DNA from: Nitrospirota bacterium
GTDB lineage: Bacteria > Nitrospirota > UBA9217
Length of the DNA: 63,675 bases
Direction: 5' to 3'
NCBI GenBank assembly: GCA_043731355.1
Contig: JAYTJE010000068.1
Span: 1-63,675 of the forward strand
Part shown: in pieces, positions 10,201-18,370 of the stretch
Position numbering within the stretch: the first letter of the stretch is position 1
Layout: each line of letters starts with the position of its first letter
Translations under genes and position numbers: made by a program
The notes under the pieces: generated by a model
Database searches by the model: none
The model's input: only the letters and a program-made list of their open reading frames with translations
Told to the model about the DNA's origin: nothing

Positions 10201-11421
10201 GTGGTAAAAAAGCAGGATACTGTGCTGGTAGGACTCGATCTGGGGACGACCAAGGTCTGCGCCATCGTGGGTGAGGTAAAGGACGACGGGCAAGTGGACA
10301 TCATCGGGATCGGCATCAGCCCTTCCCATGGACTGAAGAAGGGCGTCGTCGTGAACATCGACAGCACGGTCGAGTCCATCCGGAAGGCCGTGCACGAGGC
10401 GGAGCTTATGGCCGGCGTGGAGATCAACTCCGTCTATGTCGGCGTTTCCGGCGGCCACATCAAGGGGCTTAATTCCCGCGGGGTGGCGGCGATCAAGAAC
10501 AAGGAAGTGGGCCCGGCCGACGTGGCGCGCGCCATCGACGGCGCGCGGGCAGTCAACATCCCCATGGACCAGCAGGTGCTGCACGTGCTGCCGCAGGAGT
10601 TCATCATCGACGATCAGGACGGGATCAAGGACCCCCTCGGCATGTCAGGGGTGCGGCTCGACGTCAAAGTGCACATCATCAGCGGCGCGGTCACGTCGAT
10701 CCAGAACATCGTCAAGAGCTGTTCCCGGGCCGGCCTCCATGTCAACGACCTGGTGCTGCAGCCGCTGGCGTCCAGCCGCGCCGTGCTGACCGCCGAGGAA
10801 CAGGACCTCGGCGTTATCGTCGTCGACATCGGCGGCGGTACGACCGATATGGCCATCTTTCTTGAGGGAAGCCTCTGGCATACGGAAGTGCTGCCCGTCG
10901 GCGGCAACCACTTTACCAACGACATCGCCATCGGGCTGCGCACGCCCGCTTCGGAGGCCGAAAAGATCAAGATCAAATACGGGTGCGCGCTGTCGTCGCT
11001 TGTGAAACATGAAGAAACGCTGGATGTGCCGAGTGTGGGCGGCAGGCCTCCGCGCCTCCTGTCCCGGCAAATCCTGTGCGAGATCATCGAACCGCGCGTG
11101 GAAGAGCTTTTCGGCATGATCCAGCAGCGGCTCCGAAAAACCGGGTACGAGGACATGTGCGCCTCGGGCATCGTCCTGACCGGCGGGGTCGCCCTGCTGG
11201 AAGGGCTGCAGGAAGCGGCCGAACGCTATATCGGATTGCAGGTGCGGCGCGGGACGCCGAAAAACATCGGGGGGCTCATGGACGTGGTGAACAGCCCGGT
11301 CTACTCCACCGGCGTCGGTCTGGTGCTGTACGGCGCGGCGAACCAGCGCGAAGAGCCGCGGAAGTTCAGGGGCGGCGGCCTTATCAGCAAAGTCTCAAAG
11401 TGGATGGGGGAATATTTCTAA
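10201..11421 (+). CDS. ftsA: cell division protein FtsA
   Basis: Actin-fold phosphate-1 motif VGLDLGTTKVCAIVGE and a DIGGGTTD motif. GTG start. Confidence 0.93.
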   Translation: MVKKQDTVLVGLDLGTTKVCAIVGEVKDDGQVDIIGIGISPSHGLKKGVVVNIDSTVESIRKAVHEAELMAGVEINSVYVGVSGGHIKGLNSRGVAAIKNKEVGPADVARAIDGARAVNIPMDQQVLHVLPQEFIIDDQDGIKDPLGMSGVRLDVKVHIISGAVTSIQNIVKSCSRAGLHVNDLVLQPLASSRAVLTAEEQDLGVIVVDIGGGTTDMAIFLEGSLWHTEVLPVGGNHFTNDIAIGLRTPASEAEKIKIKYGCALSSLVKHEETLDVPSVGGRPPRLLSRQILCEIIEPRVEELFGMIQQRLRKTGYEDMCASGIVLTGGVALLEGLQEAAERYIGLQVRRGTPKNIGGLMDVVNSPVYSTGVGLVLYGAANQREEPRKFRGGGLISKVSKWMGEYF

Positions 11422-11527
11422 TGCTGAGCTTTGACCAGGAAGCGGATGGAGCAGCGCGGACGCAGGATGCGGCGGACGATGCGAAGCAGGCCCACGACCC
11501 GGAAACCTTGAAAAAAACGGAGGGACC

Positions 11528-12782
11528 GATGGCTGAAGACAATCTCGATTTTGAATTTCAGGACATCATGGAATTCGTCGCAAGCGAGCCCGGAGCCGCG
11601 GCGAAACCCGTTCTCCCCCAGACGGCCGAGGCCGACGGAGCGCGAGCAACGGGCATGCTCCAGTTCGACGAGGAAAAGCTGCCGGCGATCATCAAGGTCA
11701 TCGGCGTGGGGGGCGGCGGAAGCAACGCAGTCTGCACCATGGTCAAGTCCGAGGTGACCGGCGTACAGTTCCTTGTGGCCAACACCGACATGCAGGCCCT
11801 GGAACGCGCATCCGTGCCGGTCAAGCTCCAGATCGGATCCAAGCTCACCAACGGCCGGGGCGCCGGGGCAAACCCGGAGATCGGCAGGAGCGCCGCGCTG
11901 GAAGACGCGGAAAAGATCAAGGACGCGCTGGCCGGCGCTGAAATGGTCTTCATCACCGCGGGCATGGGAGGCGGCACGGGCACGGGCGCGGCGCCGGTGA
12001 TCGCCGGGCTGGCGCGCGAGGTGGGCGCGCTGGTCGTCGGCGTGGTGACCAAGCCCTTTGATTTCGAGGGCGCCAAACGGATGAAGTATGCCAATGAAGG
12101 AATCGCGGAGCTCAAAAAACAGGTGGACGCGCTCATCGTGATCCCCAACAGCCGTGTGCTCAATATGTCCGAGAAGAAAACTTCCGCCCTCGATGCATTC
12201 AAACTGGCCGACAATGTGCTGGTCCAGGCCGTCAAGGGAATCTCCGACGTGGTGATGCTGCATGGACATGTGAACCTCGATTTTGCCGACGTCAAGACCG
12301 TGATGGCGAACAAAGGCAGGGCGGTCATGGGCACCGGGACCGGCACGGGCGAGAACCGGGCGGTCGAGGCGGCGCAGAAGGCGATCTCCAGCCCCTTGCT
12401 CGAGGACGGCTCCATCAAGGGCGCCCGCGGGGTGCTCATCAACATTACCGGCGGCAGCGACATGGGGATCTGGGAGTTCGATGAAGCCACGGCCATCATC
12501 AAGGCGGAAGTGGACCCCGATGCGATCATTCTCTTCGGCGCGGTTATCAATCCGGTCATGAGCGAAGAGGTCATGGTGACGGTGATCGCCACGGGCTTCG
12601 ACGAAGAAGGCGCCAAGACGCGCATGAAAGTGGTATCGAACCTGAAAGAATATCAGAAGATCGGAGAGCGGCCCAAAGCAACGGCGCGCAAGCAGGAGGC
12701 CTTCGCGTTCAAGAACGAGGCGCTCGGCATCGACGACCAGGACTACGACAAACCTACGTTTCTGAGACGGCAGGCGGATTAA
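11528..12782 (+). CDS. ftsZ: cell division GTPase FtsZ (start ambiguous: 11421, 11528 or 11655)
   Basis: Tubulin signatures VIGVGGGGSNAV and GGGTGTGAAPVIA. ATG 11528 follows GGAGGG. ATG 11421 is TAATG-coupled to ftsA. ATG 11655 gives the canonical MLQFDE...IKVIG N-terminus. Confidence 0.93.
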
Positions 12783-12791
12783 CGGAAAATC

Positions 12792-12820
12792 AAATGCCAC
12801 AGCAGAGTGCTGTGGCATTT
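12792..12820. terminator. 13-bp-stem hairpin just after ftsZ (left copy of a duplicated hairpin)
   Basis: AAATGCCACAGCA-gag-TGCTGTGGCATTT. The T-rich tail is better on the minus strand. A near-copy lies at 21334-21364. Confidence 0.5.
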
Positions 12821-12888
12821 GATGCTAAGAGAAATCAGTTTATCCTTACCCTGCCCGCGCACTCTCCTGCTTAAAATAGAATATTTCA

Positions 12889-12917
12889 TTGACATCATTT
12901 TTCAAGAATGTTATAAA
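12889..12917 (+). promoter_or_regulatory. sigma-70-type promoter for the MerR-HicB/DUF3800 operon
   Basis: TTGACA (12889-12894), 17-nt spacer, TATAAA (12912-12917). Followed by a CACGTG-containing inverted repeat ATACGCACGTGTAT, then RBS GAGGTG. Confidence 0.5.
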
Positions 12918-12954
12918 TACGCACGTGTATTTATTATTGCAAGTGAGGTGAATT

Positions 12955-13590
12955 ATGTCATTCAATACGAAGACGGTCGTGAAACTTGTCGGGCTGACTC
13001 AACGGCAGATCGACTACTGGGACAGGACCCATTTTATCAAACCAACAGTGAAAGAGGCGTCCGGCTATGGCACGGGACGGCTGTATTCGTTCGCCGACAT
13101 TGTTCAATTGAAGGTGGCAAAAACGCTTAAGGACAAGGGCGTATCGTTACAGAAGATTAGAAAGTCTATTTCCTACCTCAAAACACACTTTCCCGATATG
13201 AAGAAACCGCTGGCAGAAATGAGGTTCCTGACGGATGGGGAAACAATCTTCGTGCTGACGAAAGACAATAGGGCGATACTCGACACTCTTGCGCGCGGTC
13301 AAATGGTTTTTGCGCTGGCGATCGGCGAGATCATAGAGCAGTTAAAGGGTGAAGTGAAAAACATCAACCAGGACAGAAAGTACAGGGTAGTCGCCAAGGG
13401 GAAATCTTATGATGTCATACTCCATCCCGACACCGAGGATGGCGGCTATTGGGTGGAATGTGCGGTTCTTCCCGGTTGTTCATCGCAGGGCGACACGGTG
13501 GAAGAAGCTTTGGAGATGATCAAGGACTCCATCAAGGGGCATCTTGAACTGGTAGCCGAGAAAAGCAAGAAAAAGAGAGCGGCAGCATAA
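12955..13590 (+). CDS. fusion protein: N-terminal MerR-type HTH, C-terminal HicB-like antitoxin fold
   Basis: N-terminus VVKLVGLTQRQIDYWDRTHFIKP...LYSFADIVQLKVAKTLKDKGVSLQKIRKSI is MerR-like. C-terminus YDVILHPDTEDGGYWVECAVLPGCSSQGDTVEEALEMIKDSIKGHLE is HicB/UPF0150-like. Confidence 0.75.
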   Translation: MSFNTKTVVKLVGLTQRQIDYWDRTHFIKPTVKEASGYGTGRLYSFADIVQLKVAKTLKDKGVSLQKIRKSISYLKTHFPDMKKPLAEMRFLTDGETIFVLTKDNRAILDTLARGQMVFALAIGEIIEQLKGEVKNINQDRKYRVVAKGKSYDVILHPDTEDGGYWVECAVLPGCSSQGDTVEEALEMIKDSIKGHLELVAEKSKKKRAAA

Positions 13591-14226
13591 ATGTCCTTTA
13601 TCTTCATGGATGAGTCTGGCGATCTGGGATTCGACTTCAGCAAGAAGGGGACATCGCACTATTTTCTGATCACATTTCTTTTCAGCAACAACAAGAGGGA
13701 TATCGAAAAATGCGTAAAGAAGGTTCATGCAGGACTACGCAAGAAGTATAAAAAGGTCGCCGTGCTGCACGCTTATAAGGATGAACCAGCGACGAGGAAG
13801 CGGTTGCTTTCCCTGCTTGCCGGGAAGGATTGCAGCATTACGACGATTCTATTAAATAAAAAGAAGGTTTACACGAACCTTCAGGATGAGAAGCCGGTCC
13901 TCTACAATTATGTGACCAACATCCTTCTTGACAGGATATTCTCCAAGAAGCTACTGCATGGTAATGAGTCGATCGAGATCATTGCCTCGCGCAAGGATAC
14001 AAGCAGGTTCCTGAATATGGACTTCAAGTCCTACTTGCAGACACAGCTTACAAAGAATCACAACGTGGCGGTGAAGATCACGATCAAGACCCCTGCGGAG
14101 GAAAAGGCGCTCCAGGCGGTCGATTTCGCGAGCTGGGCAATATTCAGGAAGTACGAGTCAAAGGACGAGGAATATTACAAAATAATCAAAGGAAGGATTG
14201 TCGAGGAGAAACCGTTATTTCCATAG
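13591..14226 (+). CDS. DUF3800-family protein (function unknown)
   Basis: N-terminal MSFIFMDESGDLGF matches the characteristic DUF3800 start. The ATG directly abuts the upstream TAA. Confidence 0.7.
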   Translation: MSFIFMDESGDLGFDFSKKGTSHYFLITFLFSNNKRDIEKCVKKVHAGLRKKYKKVAVLHAYKDEPATRKRLLSLLAGKDCSITTILLNKKKVYTNLQDEKPVLYNYVTNILLDRIFSKKLLHGNESIEIIASRKDTSRFLNMDFKSYLQTQLTKNHNVAVKITIKTPAEEKALQAVDFASWAIFRKYESKDEEYYKIIKGRIVEEKPLFP

Positions 14227-14387
14227 AAACAACAAAGCCCCGTTCGCTAGTTTCGAGGCGCCCTGCGGTACCCCACGAACGAGGACTTACTTGTTGTTAA
14301 TATAATAATGCAGGGATGGCCGGAAGTCAAGGGGTTTGAACAGCAAATTTGCTGAATGGGTTGCCGCGAGCAAGGAGATTGGTATTC

Positions 14388-16421
14388 ATGCCTGAATCAT
14401 TGATCGAACAACTGCCGAAGATAGTTGCCGAGGGCAAGAAGGAAGTCGAGCGGATATTGGAGCGGCTGTCGGGGCCGAACAAGTTGACGCTTCAGACGAA
14501 CGAGTACGTCTTGCCATCGAAGGACAAGTCGGGGTTGTTCCGGGGTGAAGTGAAGGAACTGAACGAGAAGGAATGGCACAACCGGTTGATCTACGGCGAC
14601 AACCTTCTCGTCATGCAGGCATTATTGGCTGGCGATCCGGAGACTGGACTCCCTTCCATGCGCGGCAAGATCGACCTCATCTGCATCGATCCACCGTTTG
14701 ACAGCAAGGCCGATTACCGCACGAAAATCACTCTCCCCGGAACTACCATCGAGCAGAAGCCGACTGTACTGGAGCAATTTGCCTATTCTGATACATGGAA
14801 GGATGGTACTACCAGCTATTTGCAGATGATTTATCCACGGCTCGTTTTGCTGAGGGAGCTTTTGAGCGATGAAGGGTCGCTCTATGTGCACCTTGATTGG
14901 CATGTCGGACATTATGCAAAATTACTAATGGATGATGTGTTTGGAAGGGAGAATTTCCAAAATGAAATTGTGTGGAAGCGAACATCTGCGCACAGTGATC
15001 CAGGAAAGAACGGAAATTGCCATGACGTCATCATGTTCTATTCAAAGGGGGTAGAACACATTTGGAATCAGCAATATTCTGCTTACGATGAAGATTATAA
15101 AAATTCGCACTATCGTCTCGTAGATGATACGGGCCGGAAGTACCGTACAGACAATCTTACTGCAATGGGACTTCAAGGCGGCGGGTATACATATGAATGG
15201 AATGGCGTGACAAAGGTGTGGCGCTGTCCTATCAAGAAAATGCAGGATTTGCATGATCAAGGAAGAATACGTTATACGAAAAACGGTACAGCTGAATATA
15301 TTCGCTACTTGGATGAAATGCCCGGTGTTCCAATCCAAGATGTTTGGGACGATGTTTACGCTGTTAATAGCCAAGCAAAAGAAAGGATTAATTATGGAAC
15401 ACAGAAACCAGAGGCACTTCTTGAGCGCATCATAAAGTCTTCGTCAAATGAAGACTCCATCGTTGCGGATATTTTCGCGGGTTCTGGAACGACCGGTGCT
15501 GTAGCTGAAAGACTTGGCCGTCGTTGGATCATGTCGGATATAGGAAAGCCCGCTATCATGGTCAGTCGGAAGCGGCTTATAGATCAAGAAAGCAAACCAT
15601 TCATATACCAATCCATCGGTGATTATCAAAAAGAAGCTTTTACCTCATCCCGCATGTTCAGGCGCATAGGAGATCTTGCAAATGTCGTGCTGAACCTCTA
15701 CGGCGCTCTGCCGTTTCCTGACGAACAGAACCCGAACCGCAACCTCGGTTACATCAAGAACGGCCATACGCTGGTGCTGGTGGATTCGCCGTCGAAGCTT
15801 ACGGGTTTTGCCACGCTCAAGCGCGCGCAGGAACTGCGCGAATCGTTTCTCGGCGGGTGGAGCAAAGTAATCGTGCTGGGTTGGAACTTTGCCTTTGATA
15901 TCGCAACCATCATCAAGAATCTGAATGACGACAAACTGGAAGTCTTGGTCATTCCGCCTGACCTTTTAGACAAACTTAAATCCAAGTCCAGCTACCAGTC
16001 CTTGCTCAAGAGCGGCAAGATACGCTTCTCGTCGCTTCAATATCTCACGATCAAAAAGCCTGTCGTCAATATCCACTCAGCGGACATCGAAGAGATTATG
16101 ATCGAACTCGACAATTATGTGCTGCTGTCGCCGGACGCGCTGCCTCTCGACGAGGCAAACAAGGAGAAGCTGCAAAATATCATCGCCAATGATCCGCTGG
16201 CGCTCATCGAATACTGGAGCGTTGACCCGGACTATGACGGCACTACCTTCCGGAGCAAATGGCAGGACTACCGGGAAAACACTGAAAGCGATTCCGATCC
16301 CTTCCGCGTTGTGAAGCAGGTGAAGATACTTGCGCCGAAGGTCAAAGGCAAACGGAGAATATGTGTGAAGGCCGTTGATGTGTTCGGGTTTGAAAGTGTC
16401 GTAGTTGATGAAGTGAAATAG
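14388..16421 (+). CDS. mod: beta-class N6/N4 DNA methyltransferase, type III Mod-like, with a long C-terminal extension
   Basis: Motif [18 protein letters not shown] lies upstream of motif [26 protein letters not shown] 14388 sits behind AAGGAG. About 300 aa follow motif I. Confidence 0.85.
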   Translation: MPESLIEQLPKIVAEGKKEVERILERLSGPNKLTLQTNEYVLPSKDKSGLFRGEVKELNEKEWHNRLIYGDNLLVMQALLAGDPETGLPSMRGKIDLICIDPPFDSKADYRTKITLPGTTIEQKPTVLEQFAYSDTWKDGTTSYLQMIYPRLVLLRELLSDEGSLYVHLDWHVGHYAKLLMDDVFGRENFQNEIVWKRTSAHSDPGKNGNCHDVIMFYSKGVEHIWNQQYSAYDEDYKNSHYRLVDDTGRKYRTDNLTAMGLQGGGYTYEWNGVTKVWRCPIKKMQDLHDQGRIRYTKNGTAEYIRYLDEMPGVPIQDVWDDVYAVNSQAKERINYGTQKPEALLERIIKSSSNEDSIVADIFAGSGTTGAVAERLGRRWIMSDIGKPAIMVSRKRLIDQESKPFIYQSIGDYQKEAFTSSRMFRRIGDLANVVLNLYGALPFPDEQNPNRNLGYIKNGHTLVLVDSPSKLTGFATLKRAQELRESFLGGWSKVIVLGWNFAFDIATIIKNLNDDKLEVLVIPPDLLDKLKSKSSYQSLLKSGKIRFSSLQYLTIKKPVVNIHSADIEEIMIELDNYVLLSPDALPLDEANKEKLQNIIANDPLALIEYWSVDPDYDGTTFRSKWQDYRENTESDSDPFRVVKQVKILAPKVKGKRRICVKAVDVFGFESVVVDEVK

Positions 16422-16452
16422 CTTCCTCGGCAAATAAACCTTGAGGGACTGC

Positions 16453-18120
16453 ATGACTGAAGAAGAATTGCTTGCATATATAGACAACGGCTGTTCGCGT
16501 GAAAATGAGCAGTGCGAATGGAAGGACTTCAAGAATCTTAAACACGCGGTGTCGGGAGAAGCCGGCGATGATATCATTTCCTATGTATCCGCGTTATCCA
16601 ACATGGAGGGCGGAGCGCTCGTCGTCGGGGTAAATAACAAGCATGTAATTGTCGGCATTCAGGAGTTTCATGATTACACCGCGGACAACATCCGTTTGCG
16701 CATTCTTGGGCGATGCCCGAATCTTGATTCGGAGGGCTTTCGGATCGAGCCGCATACAACAACTGATACGAAAAAGACCGTGTGGATCGTGCGTGTACCC
16801 AGGCATAGACCACGGCTGCCGGTGTATGCGCATGACAAGGCCTGGCAGCGCATCGACGACAGTCTTATTCAAATGCGACCTGAGCGACTGGCTGCGATTT
16901 TAGCGGAACCTTTGGACATTTCCGACTGGTCTTCGCATATCGTGGAGGACGCCGGTCTTGAAGACCTTGACGTCACTGCATTGAAACTGGCACGGGAAAA
17001 ATTCCTGGAGAAGCATCGTAATGCGGCGTTTGCCGATGCGATAAGGGACTGGGACGCTCGGACCTTTTTGGATAAAGCGAAGATAACGGTTCAGGGGCGC
17101 ATCACCCGGACCGCGCTTCTTTTGCTCGGAAAGCAGGAGTCGAGCCACTTCCTGCTGCCCGCAGTTGCCCAAATCACCTGGAAACTTGCGGGCGAGGAAA
17201 CAGCATATGAACATTTCGGACTTCCTTTTTTACTTACCACGACCCAAGTGCTGCGCCGGATACGCAATATCCCATACAAGATATTTCCGCAGAACCAACT
17301 CCTTGCCACTGAAGTCGGAAAATACGACACGCGGGTGATACTGGAGGCCTTGCATAATTGCATTGCTCATCAGGACTATGCGCTTTACTCTCGAGTCCTG
17401 GTTACGGAGCAGGTTGACCGGTTGACCTTTGAGAACGCGGGAACTTTTTACGATGGCAGGCCGGAGGACTATTTCGCGGGCGAACTGACCCCGAAGCGCT
17501 ACCGGAACCCGATGCTCGCGCAAGCGATGGTGAACTTGAATATGATAGACACCGTGGGACGAGGCATCCATACGATGCTTCTCTCTCAACGCAACCGCTA
17601 TTTTCCGCTGCCAGATTACAGCAAGTCAAGGCAGGATAACGTAGTGCTGGATATTTTCGGGCACATGATAGAAGAGAACTATACACGCTTACTGATGGAA
17701 CAGAAGGATTTGCCGCTCAACACCGTCATCCTCCTCGACCGTGTGCAAAAGAGACTGCCCATCACCAATGATGCGGTGGCTATGCTAAAAAGGGCGGGTT
17801 TGATTGAGGGAAGAAAACCCAATTATTTTGTATCAGCTTCAGTTGCCGCGGCAACAGATAATACCGCTGGTTATATGAGGAACATGGGCCTGAAGAAAGA
17901 TAGCTTGAAAGAATTTGTGTTAGGGCATATCCGCCAATTCGGCCCAACGCCTCGCAAGAAATTGGAGGAGTTATTATTCTCTATGCTGCCAGCCGTGCTC
18001 GATCCTGTTAAAAAGCAAAATAAGGTGAAGAACCTGCTTACCGAAATGAGATCAAAGGACGGCACAATCCGGAGTTTGGGCAAAGGGCCGACCGCACTAT
18101 GGGTTATCAATAACAGATAG
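16453..18120 (+). CDS. AlbA_2 (Schlafen-like) / HATPase_c_4-type putative nucleic-acid-binding protein
   Basis: N-terminus ENEQCEWKDFKN...GGALVVGV is AlbA_2-like. The central EALHNCIAHQDY motif is typical of the family often mis-annotated as RecG-like or transcriptional regulator. Confidence 0.7.
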   Translation: MTEEELLAYIDNGCSRENEQCEWKDFKNLKHAVSGEAGDDIISYVSALSNMEGGALVVGVNNKHVIVGIQEFHDYTADNIRLRILGRCPNLDSEGFRIEPHTTTDTKKTVWIVRVPRHRPRLPVYAHDKAWQRIDDSLIQMRPERLAAILAEPLDISDWSSHIVEDAGLEDLDVTALKLAREKFLEKHRNAAFADAIRDWDARTFLDKAKITVQGRITRTALLLLGKQESSHFLLPAVAQITWKLAGEETAYEHFGLPFLLTTTQVLRRIRNIPYKIFPQNQLLATEVGKYDTRVILEALHNCIAHQDYALYSRVLVTEQVDRLTFENAGTFYDGRPEDYFAGELTPKRYRNPMLAQAMVNLNMIDTVGRGIHTMLLSQRNRYFPLPDYSKSRQDNVVLDIFGHMIEENYTRLLMEQKDLPLNTVILLDRVQKRLPITNDAVAMLKRAGLIEGRKPNYFVSASVAAATDNTAGYMRNMGLKKDSLKEFVLGHIRQFGPTPRKKLEELLFSMLPAVLDPVKKQNKVKNLLTEMRSKDGTIRSLGKGPTALWVINNR

Positions 18121-18370
18121 GCATAGAAGTGGCAGAAAATGTTTTAGACTATTTAAACGATTTTTAAACGATTGCAAAGCATAACGGTTTGATTTGTTTA
18201 TGATAATAATTGGATAAAAATGAAGCTCTGCATTTGCCAATTATGAGCCTCATAAGGCTCATAAACGGAAAAAATGAAATAATTCCATGAAATCATTGCA
18301 TTAGAGATGCCCGATAAAAAACTTGAGGACCTTCTGCAACACGAATTGACTTTATCAGGGAGATTTTCCA

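Noticed and set aside
11076-11420. ORF-track start of the ftsZ frame at 11076 (568 aa)
   Set aside because: It would overlap ftsA for 345 nt in another frame, and the translation (Arg/Gly/Pro-rich) is not FtsZ-like. It is an open-frame artefact of high GC content.
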